From contig CAYMZY010000001.1 of assembly GCA_964395165.1 (NCBI GenBank), forward strand, positions 1,695-65,694: a DNA stretch of 64,000 nucleotides, in the 5' to 3' direction. A program made the position numbers and the translations under genes. Origin of the DNA: an uncultured Bdellovibrionales bacterium. GTDB lineage: Bacteria > Patescibacteriota > Minisyncoccia > Moranbacterales > UBA1568. Below, piece by piece: positions 56,005-64,000 of the stretch (position 1 is the first letter of the stretch; each line of letters begins with the position of its first letter). The notes under the pieces were generated by a model. That model searched no databases. It was not told where the DNA came from and worked only from the letters and a program-made list of their open reading frames with translations.

Positions 56005-57675
56005 ATGGTCAAGAATATCGGTGCTACCCGGATTTGGACGGTTTTTGTTTTAGTTTCCGGAATTCTGTTTTTTCCAGTGTTTTTTTTGAATGCGGAAGCC
56101 TTCGTATCGGGATCGGAGATGACACCGGAAAGGAATGATACGGGGCAGTATTTCTATCCATATACTTCAAGCGGTGAGGGTTCAGTAGGAACGGTATCCC
56201 CGACTGATTCGACGGGGGTTTCTCCATTCATGCCGGTCTCCGGGACGGGTTTTTTGCCCGGGATGGGTGGAAAGGTGTCGGATGAGGTTCCTCCGACCGC
56301 CCCGACAAACCTTTTGGCCGGGCAGGCGGACGGAAAAAACGCGGTTTTGCTTTGGTGGAACGCATCTCGGGATGCTTCCGGGGTGCAAAAATATCTCGTA
56401 TATCGGAATGGTGTCAAATTGGCCGATTCGACGACGACGCGGTACCTGGATACGTTGGTCTCTGTCGGTGGTCAATATATTTATTTCATTGTCGCACAGG
56501 ATGCAGCTGGAAACGTATCTGAGAGGAGCGAAGCCTCGGCTTTGTCTTTCCCGGTCACGGTCAAGTCGGTTTCCGGTGTCCCATCCGGCGAGGAGGGACG
56601 GAGAGTGGTAGATGTTTCCGAAGGAAGTACGGATACGGAAAGGACATCAGCTGTTGTCAATCCGGCTTCCGGAACGGGCTCCGCTCAAGAAAAACGAATC
56701 CGATTTGATGATGGTGGGGCCCTGTATCCGGGCTCGGTATCGGGGTTGAATCCGGAGATGACCGTCCTTAGCGATGTGGGGAGAACATCGGTACTCGTTT
56801 CTTCGGGATCTTCAAATGTTTCAGCGACCTTGTTGGGATCGGTCGTATCCAAGAATGGAACGCTCGGATCGTGGACTCAGTCAGTGGATAAGGGAAAAGA
56901 AAAGACTTCTCGGAAACCCGACTCCTCGGCACCGGCTGTATCTATATCGCCAGTCGGAGGTTCGGTGGATCAGGATAGTGACGGTCTCTTGGACGCGGAG
57001 GAAGTTCGCCGCGGAACCGATCCGAACAAGGGGGATACGGACGGAGACGGTTTTTCTGATGGAGATGAGGTGAGGAGCGGATACAATCCGCTGCGATATT
57101 CGGTCGATGATACGGGGGATAAGATTATTTTTCAGTCACCGGAAGAGACTGTCGGGAAGCAGAATGTGGTTTCCGGAGTATCACCGTTTGCTGATCCGAT
57201 GGTCGGGACCGGAGCGTTTCAGGTTGAGAAAGTCGAAAAAGTCGACTATGAAGGAGGGAAGCAAGCGGTTCAGCTTTCCGGGACAGCGACTCCGAATTCG
57301 TTCGTGACCGTGTATTTGTACAGCACCCCGGTAATCGCGGTCGTGGAAACGGACGCATCGGGTAACTGGACATACGGTTTCGATAGTCAGCTTGAGGATG
57401 GCAATCACAGTGCCTATGTCACAGCCACGAACAACGAAGGTCGTATCACGATCCAAAGCGAGCGGTTTTCCTTTGTGAAGAAAGCAGGAGCGGTTATGGT
57501 CGCTTCGGTCAAAGATATTCCTGTGGAGCAGGAAGCCCAATCGGTCGGGAAGGAATCACCCTCGATAGATAATTTCATCATTGCGGGAATAGTCATCATG
57601 ACTATCGTTTCTTTCGGAACAATCATTGTTCGGCATCTCATGAAAAAAAGTGTCCGAGCAGAACGGAAGGTGTAG
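56005..57675 (+). CDS. Surface protein: FN3 domain, TSP3-like repeats, Ig-like domain, C-terminal TM anchor
   Basis: PTAPTNL..W..S.D..GV..Y.VYRNG..DAAGN; DQDSDGLLDAEE, DTDGDGFSDGDE; SGTATPNS..GNW..LEDGNH. Confidence 0.8.
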   Translation: MVKNIGATRIWTVFVLVSGILFFPVFFLNAEAFVSGSEMTPERNDTGQYFYPYTSSGEGSVGTVSPTDSTGVSPFMPVSGTGFLPGMGGKVSDEVPPTAPTNLLAGQADGKNAVLLWWNASRDASGVQKYLVYRNGVKLADSTTTRYLDTLVSVGGQYIYFIVAQDAAGNVSERSEASALSFPVTVKSVSGVPSGEEGRRVVDVSEGSTDTERTSAVVNPASGTGSAQEKRIRFDDGGALYPGSVSGLNPEMTVLSDVGRTSVLVSSGSSNVSATLLGSVVSKNGTLGSWTQSVDKGKEKTSRKPDSSAPAVSISPVGGSVDQDSDGLLDAEEVRRGTDPNKGDTDGDGFSDGDEVRSGYNPLRYSVDDTGDKIIFQSPEETVGKQNVVSGVSPFADPMVGTGAFQVEKVEKVDYEGGKQAVQLSGTATPNSFVTVYLYSTPVIAVVETDASGNWTYGFDSQLEDGNHSAYVTATNNEGRITIQSERFSFVKKAGAVMVASVKDIPVEQEAQSVGKESPSIDNFIIAGIVIMTIVSFGTIIVRHLMKKSVRAERKV

Positions 57676-57815
57676 TGCGGAGAATTTCCGGGTAGAACGG
57701 GGAGTGAACGCTGTCTCTGGTCTGATTGATGTCAGGTTTACCCTGGTTCCCACTCGAAGGTTTTCCTGATAAGTATCCGGATGAGGGGGAAGTTATTCTA
57801 GTATCGAAATATCGT

Positions 57816-58541
57816 ATGCAGGAAAAAGTCTCCAAATTGGCCGTTTTTGATATCGACGGGACTATTTTTCGGAAAAATCTCCATTTCGAACTCATCAATG
57901 AGCTTGCTTGGATGAAAATTTTTCCGTTGGATGCCCGCCGGCAACTTATCGAAATCTACACGAATTGGGTGGAGCATGAGGGTACGTACGAACAGTATCG
58001 TCGCGCTTTGGTGAACCTCTATTCCGAGCATATAGCTGGTTGTCGAAAAAGCGATGTCTTGCGGGCAAGCAAGATCGTCATTCCATTTCATGCGAAGCGA
58101 ACCTACGTCTTCGCCGAGAACCTCATCAAGAAGTTGCGTTCCGAAGGGTATCACCTGATTGCCGTTTCCGGATCGCCGAGCGAGGTGGTCGAAGAATACA
58201 ATGCCCATTACCTTAAGTTCGATGCCGCATTCGGGAGTATCTATGAACTGAATGATCGGGATATCTATACGGGAGCCGCCGCATTCGAGCCGTCAAAAAA
58301 CAAGGGAGAGGTGGTCAAGCAATACGTCTATGAACATGGGCTTTCCCTGGAGGATTCGTATGGTATCGGTGATACCGAGTCGGACGGTAGTTTTCTCCGG
58401 CTCGTGAAATATCCGATCGCTTTCAATCCGAATCAGAACCTCAAGGAGCAGGCAGAAAAGGAGCATTGGCGTATTGTCATCGAAAAGAAAGACGTCGTTT
58501 ATGAGATCACGCAGGACACGACTGTTTCCCTGAAAAGGTAA
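57816..58541 (+). CDS. HAD-superfamily hydrolase (SerB-like, subfamily IB)
   Basis: FDIDGT, VSGS, GDTESD. Confidence 0.88.
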   Translation: MQEKVSKLAVFDIDGTIFRKNLHFELINELAWMKIFPLDARRQLIEIYTNWVEHEGTYEQYRRALVNLYSEHIAGCRKSDVLRASKIVIPFHAKRTYVFAENLIKKLRSEGYHLIAVSGSPSEVVEEYNAHYLKFDAAFGSIYELNDRDIYTGAAAFEPSKNKGEVVKQYVYEHGLSLEDSYGIGDTESDGSFLRLVKYPIAFNPNQNLKEQAEKEHWRIVIEKKDVVYEITQDTTVSLKR

Positions 58542-58551
58542 TAACTGGAAT

Positions 58552-58665
58552 ATGAATCTCAACTCCGAAATCGATAAGTTTCTCAAGCGGACGCTCTGGC
58601 TCTGGCTCCCGTTTTACGCTCTCATACTCCTTATAAGGGAAGCTCGCGAGAAATTCAAACACTGA
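58552..58665 (+). CDS. Small hydrophobic protein (37 aa; below the ORF-track cutoff)
   Basis: MNLNSEIDKFLKRTLWLWLPFYALILLIREAREKFKH; fills the HAD-vanZ gap with 10- and 13-nt spacers. Confidence 0.6.
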   Translation: MNLNSEIDKFLKRTLWLWLPFYALILLIREAREKFKH

Positions 58666-58678
58666 AAAAAGAGCGGGT

Positions 58679-59098
58679 ATGAAGAAACAGTCAAATCGAT
58701 GGCCGCTTTTCGTCCGTGGAAGCATGTTGGTCGTTTGGATGGGAGTCATCTTCCTGTTTTCATCCATGCCGGGGTCAGGAAGTCTGTATGACCCGCCGAC
58801 CTGGTATGTCCTTGAGCGGAAAGGAGCGCATGTTTTCGAATTCGCCTTCTTATCGGTATTCGCTTTTCGTTTTTTCCGTGTCTTATTCGATGCGACGTGG
58901 CGGATGACTGCCGCAATTTCGGCAGCATTCGTTTTTACATACGGGGCATTCGATGAATTGCATCAGGCATTTGTCTTTGGTCGAGGAAGCCGTTTTTCCG
59001 ATGTCGGTATCGATGTTTTGGGTTCGGTGATCGCTCTTGGTTTGATCTGGAGCATCTTTCTTCTTCCTTCGCTCAAAAAATTAAGAAGAATGCTATAA
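58679..59098 (+). CDS. VanZ family membrane protein
   Basis: WMGVIFLFSS, RKGAH..EF, DELHQAFV.GR...DV.ID. Confidence 0.9.
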   Translation: MKKQSNRWPLFVRGSMLVVWMGVIFLFSSMPGSGSLYDPPTWYVLERKGAHVFEFAFLSVFAFRFFRVLFDATWRMTAAISAAFVFTYGAFDELHQAFVFGRGSRFSDVGIDVLGSVIALGLIWSIFLLPSLKKLRRML

Positions 59099-59133
59099 TA
59101 CGCGTACGGATGAAGAATGAAAAATAAAAACAC

Positions 59134-60885
59134 ATGCATATCGCCATCCAACAATTGAAAGACTTCCTTCTCGATTCGGGGCTTCTTTCGAAAGAGAAGG
59201 TAGAGGAGGCTATCCTTCAGTCGGGAGAGAAGAAGCAGGAGCTGGGACAATATCTGCTTGATCAAGGTCTTCTGCAGCCGGCTGAGCTTCAAAAAGTCTA
59301 TGCGTATGTCCTTGGGATTCCCTTCGTCGATCTTTCCAAGGAGACGATACCTTTTGAGATTCTCCAGATCATTCCTGAGCCGATCGCGAAGAAGGCGAAT
59401 ATCGTTTCCTTTGAGAAGGAGGGAAACGATTTGAAGGTCGCGATGTCGAATCCGGAAGATCTCCAGACGATCGACTTCATCAAGAAGAAGACGGGATTGA
59501 AGATTATTCCCTGTCTGGCGACCCAGGAGAGCATACAGACCGCCTTGCATCAGTATGAAAAAAGCCTGAAGGCGGAATTCGGCGATATCCTGACGGGAGA
59601 AGTGCAGCCGGGAAATACGAAGCAGGATGAGGAGAGTGCTGAGGCGTTGGCTTCGGGGTTGCCGATCATCCGTATCGTCGATACCCTATTGAAGCACGCC
59701 ATTCTTCAGTCGGCTTCAGACATCCATATTGAACCGGATGAGAAAGAAGTGCATGTCCGATACCGCATCGACGGGGTCCTGCATGAGACGATGACGCTTC
59801 CGAAGGATACGGCTGCCGGTATCGTGGCTCGTATCAAAGTGCTGTCCAACCTGAAACTTGATGAACACCGCATCCCGCAGGATGGCCGTTTCAAGATCGA
59901 GAAGGATGATTATAAGATCTCTTTCCGGGTGAGTTTACTTCCGGTTTTTGATGGAGAGAAAGTCGTCATGCGTCTTTTGGATGAAGGAGCCAAAGGATTG
60001 ACGCTTGAAAAAATGGGCTTGTCCGGGAAGGCGCTTGAAAGCGTGCACCGGGAAATCAAGAAGCCGAACGGGATGATCCTTGTGACCGGGCCGACTGGCT
60101 CGGGAAAGACGACGACTTTGTATACGGTCATGGATATCCTGAATACGGCCGAAGTGAATATCAGTACGGTGGAGGATCCGGTCGAGTATCGGATGCCGCG
60201 GGTGAATCAGACGCAGATCAATCCGAAAGTCGGGATGACTTTCGCAGCAGGGTTACGTTCGCTTCTGCGTCAGGATCCGGATATCATCATGGTCGGCGAA
60301 ATCCGCGATTCTGAGACGCTCGAAATCGCCCTGAATGCGGCCATGACGGGACATCTGGTTCTTTCGACGCTGCATACCAACTCCGCCGCCGCCGCTTTGC
60401 CGCGTATGTTGGATATGGGTGCTGAACCGTTCCTGATCGCTTCGACAGCCAACGTCATCGTCGCTCAGCGTTTGGTCCGGAAGCTTTGCACGGATTGTCG
60501 GAAACCGTATCAGCTCGATGAGAAGCAGCTGGCTTCGCTTGGGAAGAGTTATGATATAGATGCTCTTTTTGTGACCATGCAGAAAAACCCGGAAATCGCC
60601 AAGATTATCGGATCGGCGAAAAGTCTGAAGGATGCCACCTTTTATGCGATAGGCGGATGCGACCAGTGTGGCGGCGAAGGATACCGTGGTCGGCTCGGTA
60701 TCTACGAGGTCCTCGAGATGGAGACGAATATCCGGAAACTGGTGACGCATGCCGCTACGAGCGAGGAGATCGAGACGGTCGCCCGTAAGGAAAATGGCAT
60801 GTACACGATGGTGGAAGACGGTTTTCTGAAGGCCGTCCAGGGACTGACGACTCTCGAAGAGATCATGCGTGTCACTAAAGAATAA
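59134..60885 (+). CDS. pilB: Second GspE/PilB family ATPase with an MshEN-like N-terminus
   Basis: ASDIHIEP, GPTGSGKTT, LRQDPDIIMVGEIRD, tetracysteine motif; TGcTATAAT at 59091-99. Confidence 0.93.
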   Translation: MHIAIQQLKDFLLDSGLLSKEKVEEAILQSGEKKQELGQYLLDQGLLQPAELQKVYAYVLGIPFVDLSKETIPFEILQIIPEPIAKKANIVSFEKEGNDLKVAMSNPEDLQTIDFIKKKTGLKIIPCLATQESIQTALHQYEKSLKAEFGDILTGEVQPGNTKQDEESAEALASGLPIIRIVDTLLKHAILQSASDIHIEPDEKEVHVRYRIDGVLHETMTLPKDTAAGIVARIKVLSNLKLDEHRIPQDGRFKIEKDDYKISFRVSLLPVFDGEKVVMRLLDEGAKGLTLEKMGLSGKALESVHREIKKPNGMILVTGPTGSGKTTTLYTVMDILNTAEVNISTVEDPVEYRMPRVNQTQINPKVGMTFAAGLRSLLRQDPDIIMVGEIRDSETLEIALNAAMTGHLVLSTLHTNSAAAALPRMLDMGAEPFLIASTANVIVAQRLVRKLCTDCRKPYQLDEKQLASLGKSYDIDALFVTMQKNPEIAKIIGSAKSLKDATFYAIGGCDQCGGEGYRGRLGIYEVLEMETNIRKLVTHAATSEEIETVARKENGMYTMVEDGFLKAVQGLTTLEEIMRVTKE

Positions 60886-60905
60886 AGAATAAGGATTACT
60901 GATCC

Positions 60906-62414
60906 TTATTCTTTGGTTTTGAATTCGTTGCGGAATTCGCGCCGTATATGTGATTTCGCATTGGAGGTCTTGACGAAATTGAGCCAGTCCCGCGAGGGCT
61001 TTTTCTTTTCCTTGACAGTGAGGATATCGACGACTTGGCCGTTTTCGATACGCGAATCGAGTGGAACCATTTTACGATCAACTTTCGCCCCGACGGTCCG
61101 GTGTCCGATTTCGCTGTGTATGGCATAGGCAAAATCGATAGGTGTGGAGTCCTCGGGGAGCTCGATGATGTCACCTTTCGGAGTGAAGGCGAAGATGTGA
61201 TTTTTGAAGAATTCGATCTTGAGTCCCTGCATGAACTCTTCATCGTTTCGGCCGATCTCCCGTTGCCATTCCTTCAGCTGGTTGACCCAGGCGAGTTCCT
61301 TCGGAGGAGTCTTCCCGGATGGACCCCGGTTCTTGAAGAAGAGATTTCTCCAGCTGCGCCGTTCTTTTTCGGTGTATATCCAGTGAGCCGCGATGCCATA
61401 TTCCGATTCATCGTGCATCTTCTGGGTGCGGATCTGAACTTCGAGTATCCGCCCTTCCGGACCGAAGATAGTGGTGTGGAGCGATTGATAGCCGTTCGGT
61501 TTCGGAAGGGAGATGTAGTCCTTGATGCGGCCGACCATCGGACGGTACAGCTTGTGAACGATACCGAGGGATTCGTAGCAGTCAGCGATTTCTGGAACGA
61601 TGATGCGGATCGCGACGAGGTCATAGACGCGGGCGATATCCATGTCGTGCTTTTTCAGTTTTTGGAAAAGTCGATAGAGGTGTTTTGTCCGTCCGTGGAT
61701 ATCGAGGATATGAACGCCTTCCTTGTCGAGTTCAGTCTTGAAAAGCGCAACGATTCTCGTGATGTAGAGGTCTCCCTCCCGGAGATATGTCTCCTGGATT
61801 TTTTTCGTCAGGGTGTAGTTTTCAGGATCGAGGTACTGGAAGCAGAGATCCTCGAGTTCACCTTTGAGCTCACCGATGCCCAATCGGTTGGCAATCTGGG
61901 CGTATACCTCTATGGTTTCGCGCGCGATACGCTCCTGTTTTTCCCGGGGGACATGTTCGAGTGTGCGCATGTTGTGGAGGCGATCGGCGAGCTTGATGAT
62001 GACGACACGGATATCGCGAGCCATGGCAAGAAACATCTTTCGGAGATTTTCCAGATAGAGTTCTTCCTTGGTTCCGCGGAGTTTGATCTTCCCGAGTTTG
62101 GTGATGCCGTCGACGAGATATGCGATTTCGCTGCCGAATTTCTTCTCGATTTCCGTCAACGTGACTTCAGTGTCCTCAGGGACATCATGGAGAAGCCCTG
62201 CTGCTATAGTTCGTGCATCCATACCGATCTCACGGAGAGTGAGTCCGACGGCGAGACAGTGGGTGATGTAGGGTTCACCAGAACGGCGTTTCTGTTCCCG
62301 ATGGGCTTTTTCGGCGAAGGCGTATGCGTCGGCAACGAGTTTCTCGTCATCGTTTGAAAAAGGCGCATTTCCGGACGCCAGGATTTCCTTGAGAGTAGGG
62401 ATAAGGGGGGTCAT
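60906..62414 (-). CDS. rel: RelA/SpoT homologue (HD + synthetase + TGS), lacking ZFD/ACT domains
   Basis: LLHDVPED, KLADRLHNMRT, DYISLPKPNGYQSLHT, EVQIRT, DFAYAIHS. Confidence 0.93.
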   Translation of the reverse strand: MTPLIPTLKEILASGNAPFSNDDEKLVADAYAFAEKAHREQKRRSGEPYITHCLAVGLTLREIGMDARTIAAGLLHDVPEDTEVTLTEIEKKFGSEIAYLVDGITKLGKIKLRGTKEELYLENLRKMFLAMARDIRVVIIKLADRLHNMRTLEHVPREKQERIARETIEVYAQIANRLGIGELKGELEDLCFQYLDPENYTLTKKIQETYLREGDLYITRIVALFKTELDKEGVHILDIHGRTKHLYRLFQKLKKHDMDIARVYDLVAIRIIVPEIADCYESLGIVHKLYRPMVGRIKDYISLPKPNGYQSLHTTIFGPEGRILEVQIRTQKMHDESEYGIAAHWIYTEKERRSWRNLFFKNRGPSGKTPPKELAWVNQLKEWQREIGRNDEEFMQGLKIEFFKNHIFAFTPKGDIIELPEDSTPIDFAYAIHSEIGHRTVGAKVDRKMVPLDSRIENGQVVDILTVKEKKKPSRDWLNFVKTSNAKSHIRREFRNEFKTKE

Positions 62415-62454
62415 AATGCGATGGTGATAACTGTCTATATAGAGTATAGCAGAT

Positions 62455-62484
62455 TTGACAGATGCAACTCAGTTGCGATAACAT
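62455..62484 (+). promoter_or_regulatory. Promoter with a candidate Zur operator in the spacer
   Basis: TTGACA, palindrome GCAACT-C-AGTTGC (62464-62476), TAACAT. Confidence 0.65.
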
Positions 62485-62510
62485 AGGAAGCGTAAGAATG
62501 AAAGAAAGAT

Positions 62511-62942
62511 ATGGGAGACATACACGGTGACGGCGATCCTTTGTCAGAACTTCAGGAGCGAGGGTTCCGTTTGACGAGAGCACGTAGGGCTGTTGTCGAA
62601 TTCCTCGTATGTACCGATGCTCCGCAGTCGATACCGGAGATCCTGGAATCGTTTCAGGGGAAAGGATTGGCGTTCAATAAAACGACGGTGTATCGCGAAC
62701 TGGCGTTTCTGGTCAAGGAGGGGATTGCAAAAGAAGTCCGCATCTCCGATGAAAAGCGTTACTATGAGCTTGCCGGTGATCATCACCACCATACGGTCTG
62801 TGTGCGCTGCGGGGATATTCGTGACGTTGTTTTTCACGAGAATCTGATGCCTATCGAACGTATCCTTTCTGAAAAGGATGGGTTTCAGGTACTTGAGCAT
62901 TCGTTGGAATTCTTTGGATTCTGTTCTCAGTGTAAATCGTAA
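62511..62942 (+). CDS. zur: Fur family regulator, probably Zur
   Basis: RLTRAR, TTVYREL, HHHHTVCVRCG, GFCSQC; precedes znu genes. Confidence 0.85.
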   Translation: MGDIHGDGDPLSELQERGFRLTRARRAVVEFLVCTDAPQSIPEILESFQGKGLAFNKTTVYRELAFLVKEGIAKEVRISDEKRYYELAGDHHHHTVCVRCGDIRDVVFHENLMPIERILSEKDGFQVLEHSLEFFGFCSQCKS

Positions 62943-62953
62943 AAAAAAGATAT

Positions 62954-63925
62954 ATGCCGAAGAGGATTATTTTTGGATTCGTGGGTGTCGGAATAGTTGT
63001 GGCTTGTCTTATTTTCACATTTTCTTTTTTCGGGTTGATACCCTCACGAACTCAGGACGACACGGAACGTTCGCTCCGCGTGGTCGCATCTTTTTTTCCG
63101 TATGCTGAATTCGCGCGCGCCGTAGCTGGCGAGACCGCTTCCGTAACGACGCTGGTTCCCTCCGGAGTGGAACCGCATGATTTCGAGCCGACTCCTCGCG
63201 ATATGGAGAGGCTTTATCAAGCCGATATTGTGATCATGAACGGTGCAGGTATTGATGCCTGGGCGGAAAAGCTTGCTCCGGAACTTGAAAATCACGGCGT
63301 CCGTGTTGTACGGATGGCGGATTCGATGGATCTTCTGCCGGTCAAGGGTGAAGGGCATGAATCGGAATCAGCCAAAGACGACGCACAAGAAGCATCGGTA
63401 CCTGACCCTCATTTTTGGCTCGATCCGGTACTGGCAGAGACACAGGTCAGACAGATTGCGGAAGTGTTTTCGGAGACCGATCCGGCACATCAGTCGCAGT
63501 ATGCGTCCAGGGGCGATGCACTCATTGAAGAACTGCGTGCGCTCAATCAGGAATATGATTCCGGTTTGCGGACATGCCGCTTGCGTACCGTAGTCACCGC
63601 ACATGATGCCTTTACCTATCTCGCAAAAAGGTACACACTGGAAGTAGTATCGATTGCTGGACTTTCTCCGAATGCCGAGCCGTCTCCGGGACGACTCGTG
63701 GAAATCGCTCGTCTGGTCCGGGAACGAGACATACGCTACATTTTTTTTGAAACGCTTTCCAGTCCGGAGCTTTCTGAAACGCTCGCTCGAGAAACGGGCA
63801 TCGGAACACTGGTCTTCAATCCAATTGAGGGAGGTGGGATTGGGGAAGACGGTTTTCCGGAAACATATCTCGGCCTCATGCGTCAGAATCTCACTCATCT
63901 ACGAACCGCACTCGAATGTCTTTAG
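62954..63925 (+). CDS. znuA: Zinc ABC transporter substrate-binding protein
   Basis: EPHDFEP, DPHFWLDP, HDAF.YL, FFE. Confidence 0.9.
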   Translation: MPKRIIFGFVGVGIVVACLIFTFSFFGLIPSRTQDDTERSLRVVASFFPYAEFARAVAGETASVTTLVPSGVEPHDFEPTPRDMERLYQADIVIMNGAGIDAWAEKLAPELENHGVRVVRMADSMDLLPVKGEGHESESAKDDAQEASVPDPHFWLDPVLAETQVRQIAEVFSETDPAHQSQYASRGDALIEELRALNQEYDSGLRTCRLRTVVTAHDAFTYLAKRYTLEVVSIAGLSPNAEPSPGRLVEIARLVRERDIRYIFFETLSSPELSETLARETGIGTLVFNPIEGGGIGEDGFPETYLGLMRQNLTHLRTALECL

Positions 63926-64000
63926 CTGATACGCCGCTCATCATCGCGCATGATATCGACTTCCGGCACGGGGAGGATGCCGTGCTTTCTTCTGTTTCGT
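63916..64000 (+). CDS. znuC: Metal ABC transporter ATP-binding protein, 3'-truncated by the window edge
   Basis: MSLADTPLIIAHDIDFRHGEDAVLSSVS is typical of an NBD N-terminus; overlaps the znuA stop; synteny. Confidence 0.6.
   Translation, partial: MSLADTPLIIAHDIDFRHGEDAVLSSVS

Noticed and set aside
61035-62357. 440-aa antisense ORF over rel, and similar shadows over clpC, smc, nrdD and phoH
   Set aside because: Same antisense artefact; no recognisable domains or expression signals.

Overview
Gene-dense chromosomal segment, standard genetic code, with almost all genes on the + strand. Gene content suggests a Patescibacteria/CPR bacterium, probably Parcubacteria (Moranbacteria-like); this is an inference from the VirB2-like pilin proteins, two PilB ATPases, short Rel, Pif1 helicase and few Shine-Dalgarno sites. 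In order the window holds: a YadGH-like ABC transporter, an RRM protein, comF and clpC, a type IV pilus operon (pilMNO-B-T-C plus twin pilins) followed by a glycosylation cluster, rpmF-nusB-rnc, a short smc, rpsP, L10 leader-rplJ-rplL, a MacB-type ABC system enclosing an ApbE/cytochrome-b flavinylation cassette, PBP1A, ABC-F, a DEAD-box helicase, a PAS-ECF sigma fusion, a split class III ribonucleotide reductase, PhoH2, Pif1, pilD with minor pilins, a second pilB, rel and zur-znuA-znuC. I saw no tRNA, rRNA, CRISPR array, transposase or phage genes. Best candidates for undescribed biology: (1) a NifL-type PAS domain fused to an ECF sigma factor, directly upstream of an ECF-like promoter and an anaerobic RNR whose glycyl-radical site is on a separate 62-aa polypeptide; (2) an ApbE cassette with no canonical SGAT substrate, nested between two MacB permeases; (3) an unannotated 59-aa membrane peptide with a perfect promoter and a switch-like leader; (4) a hinge-less SMC; (5) twin pilins sharing an identical 82-bp 5' block. 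All calls come from reading motifs by eye; no database searches were run.
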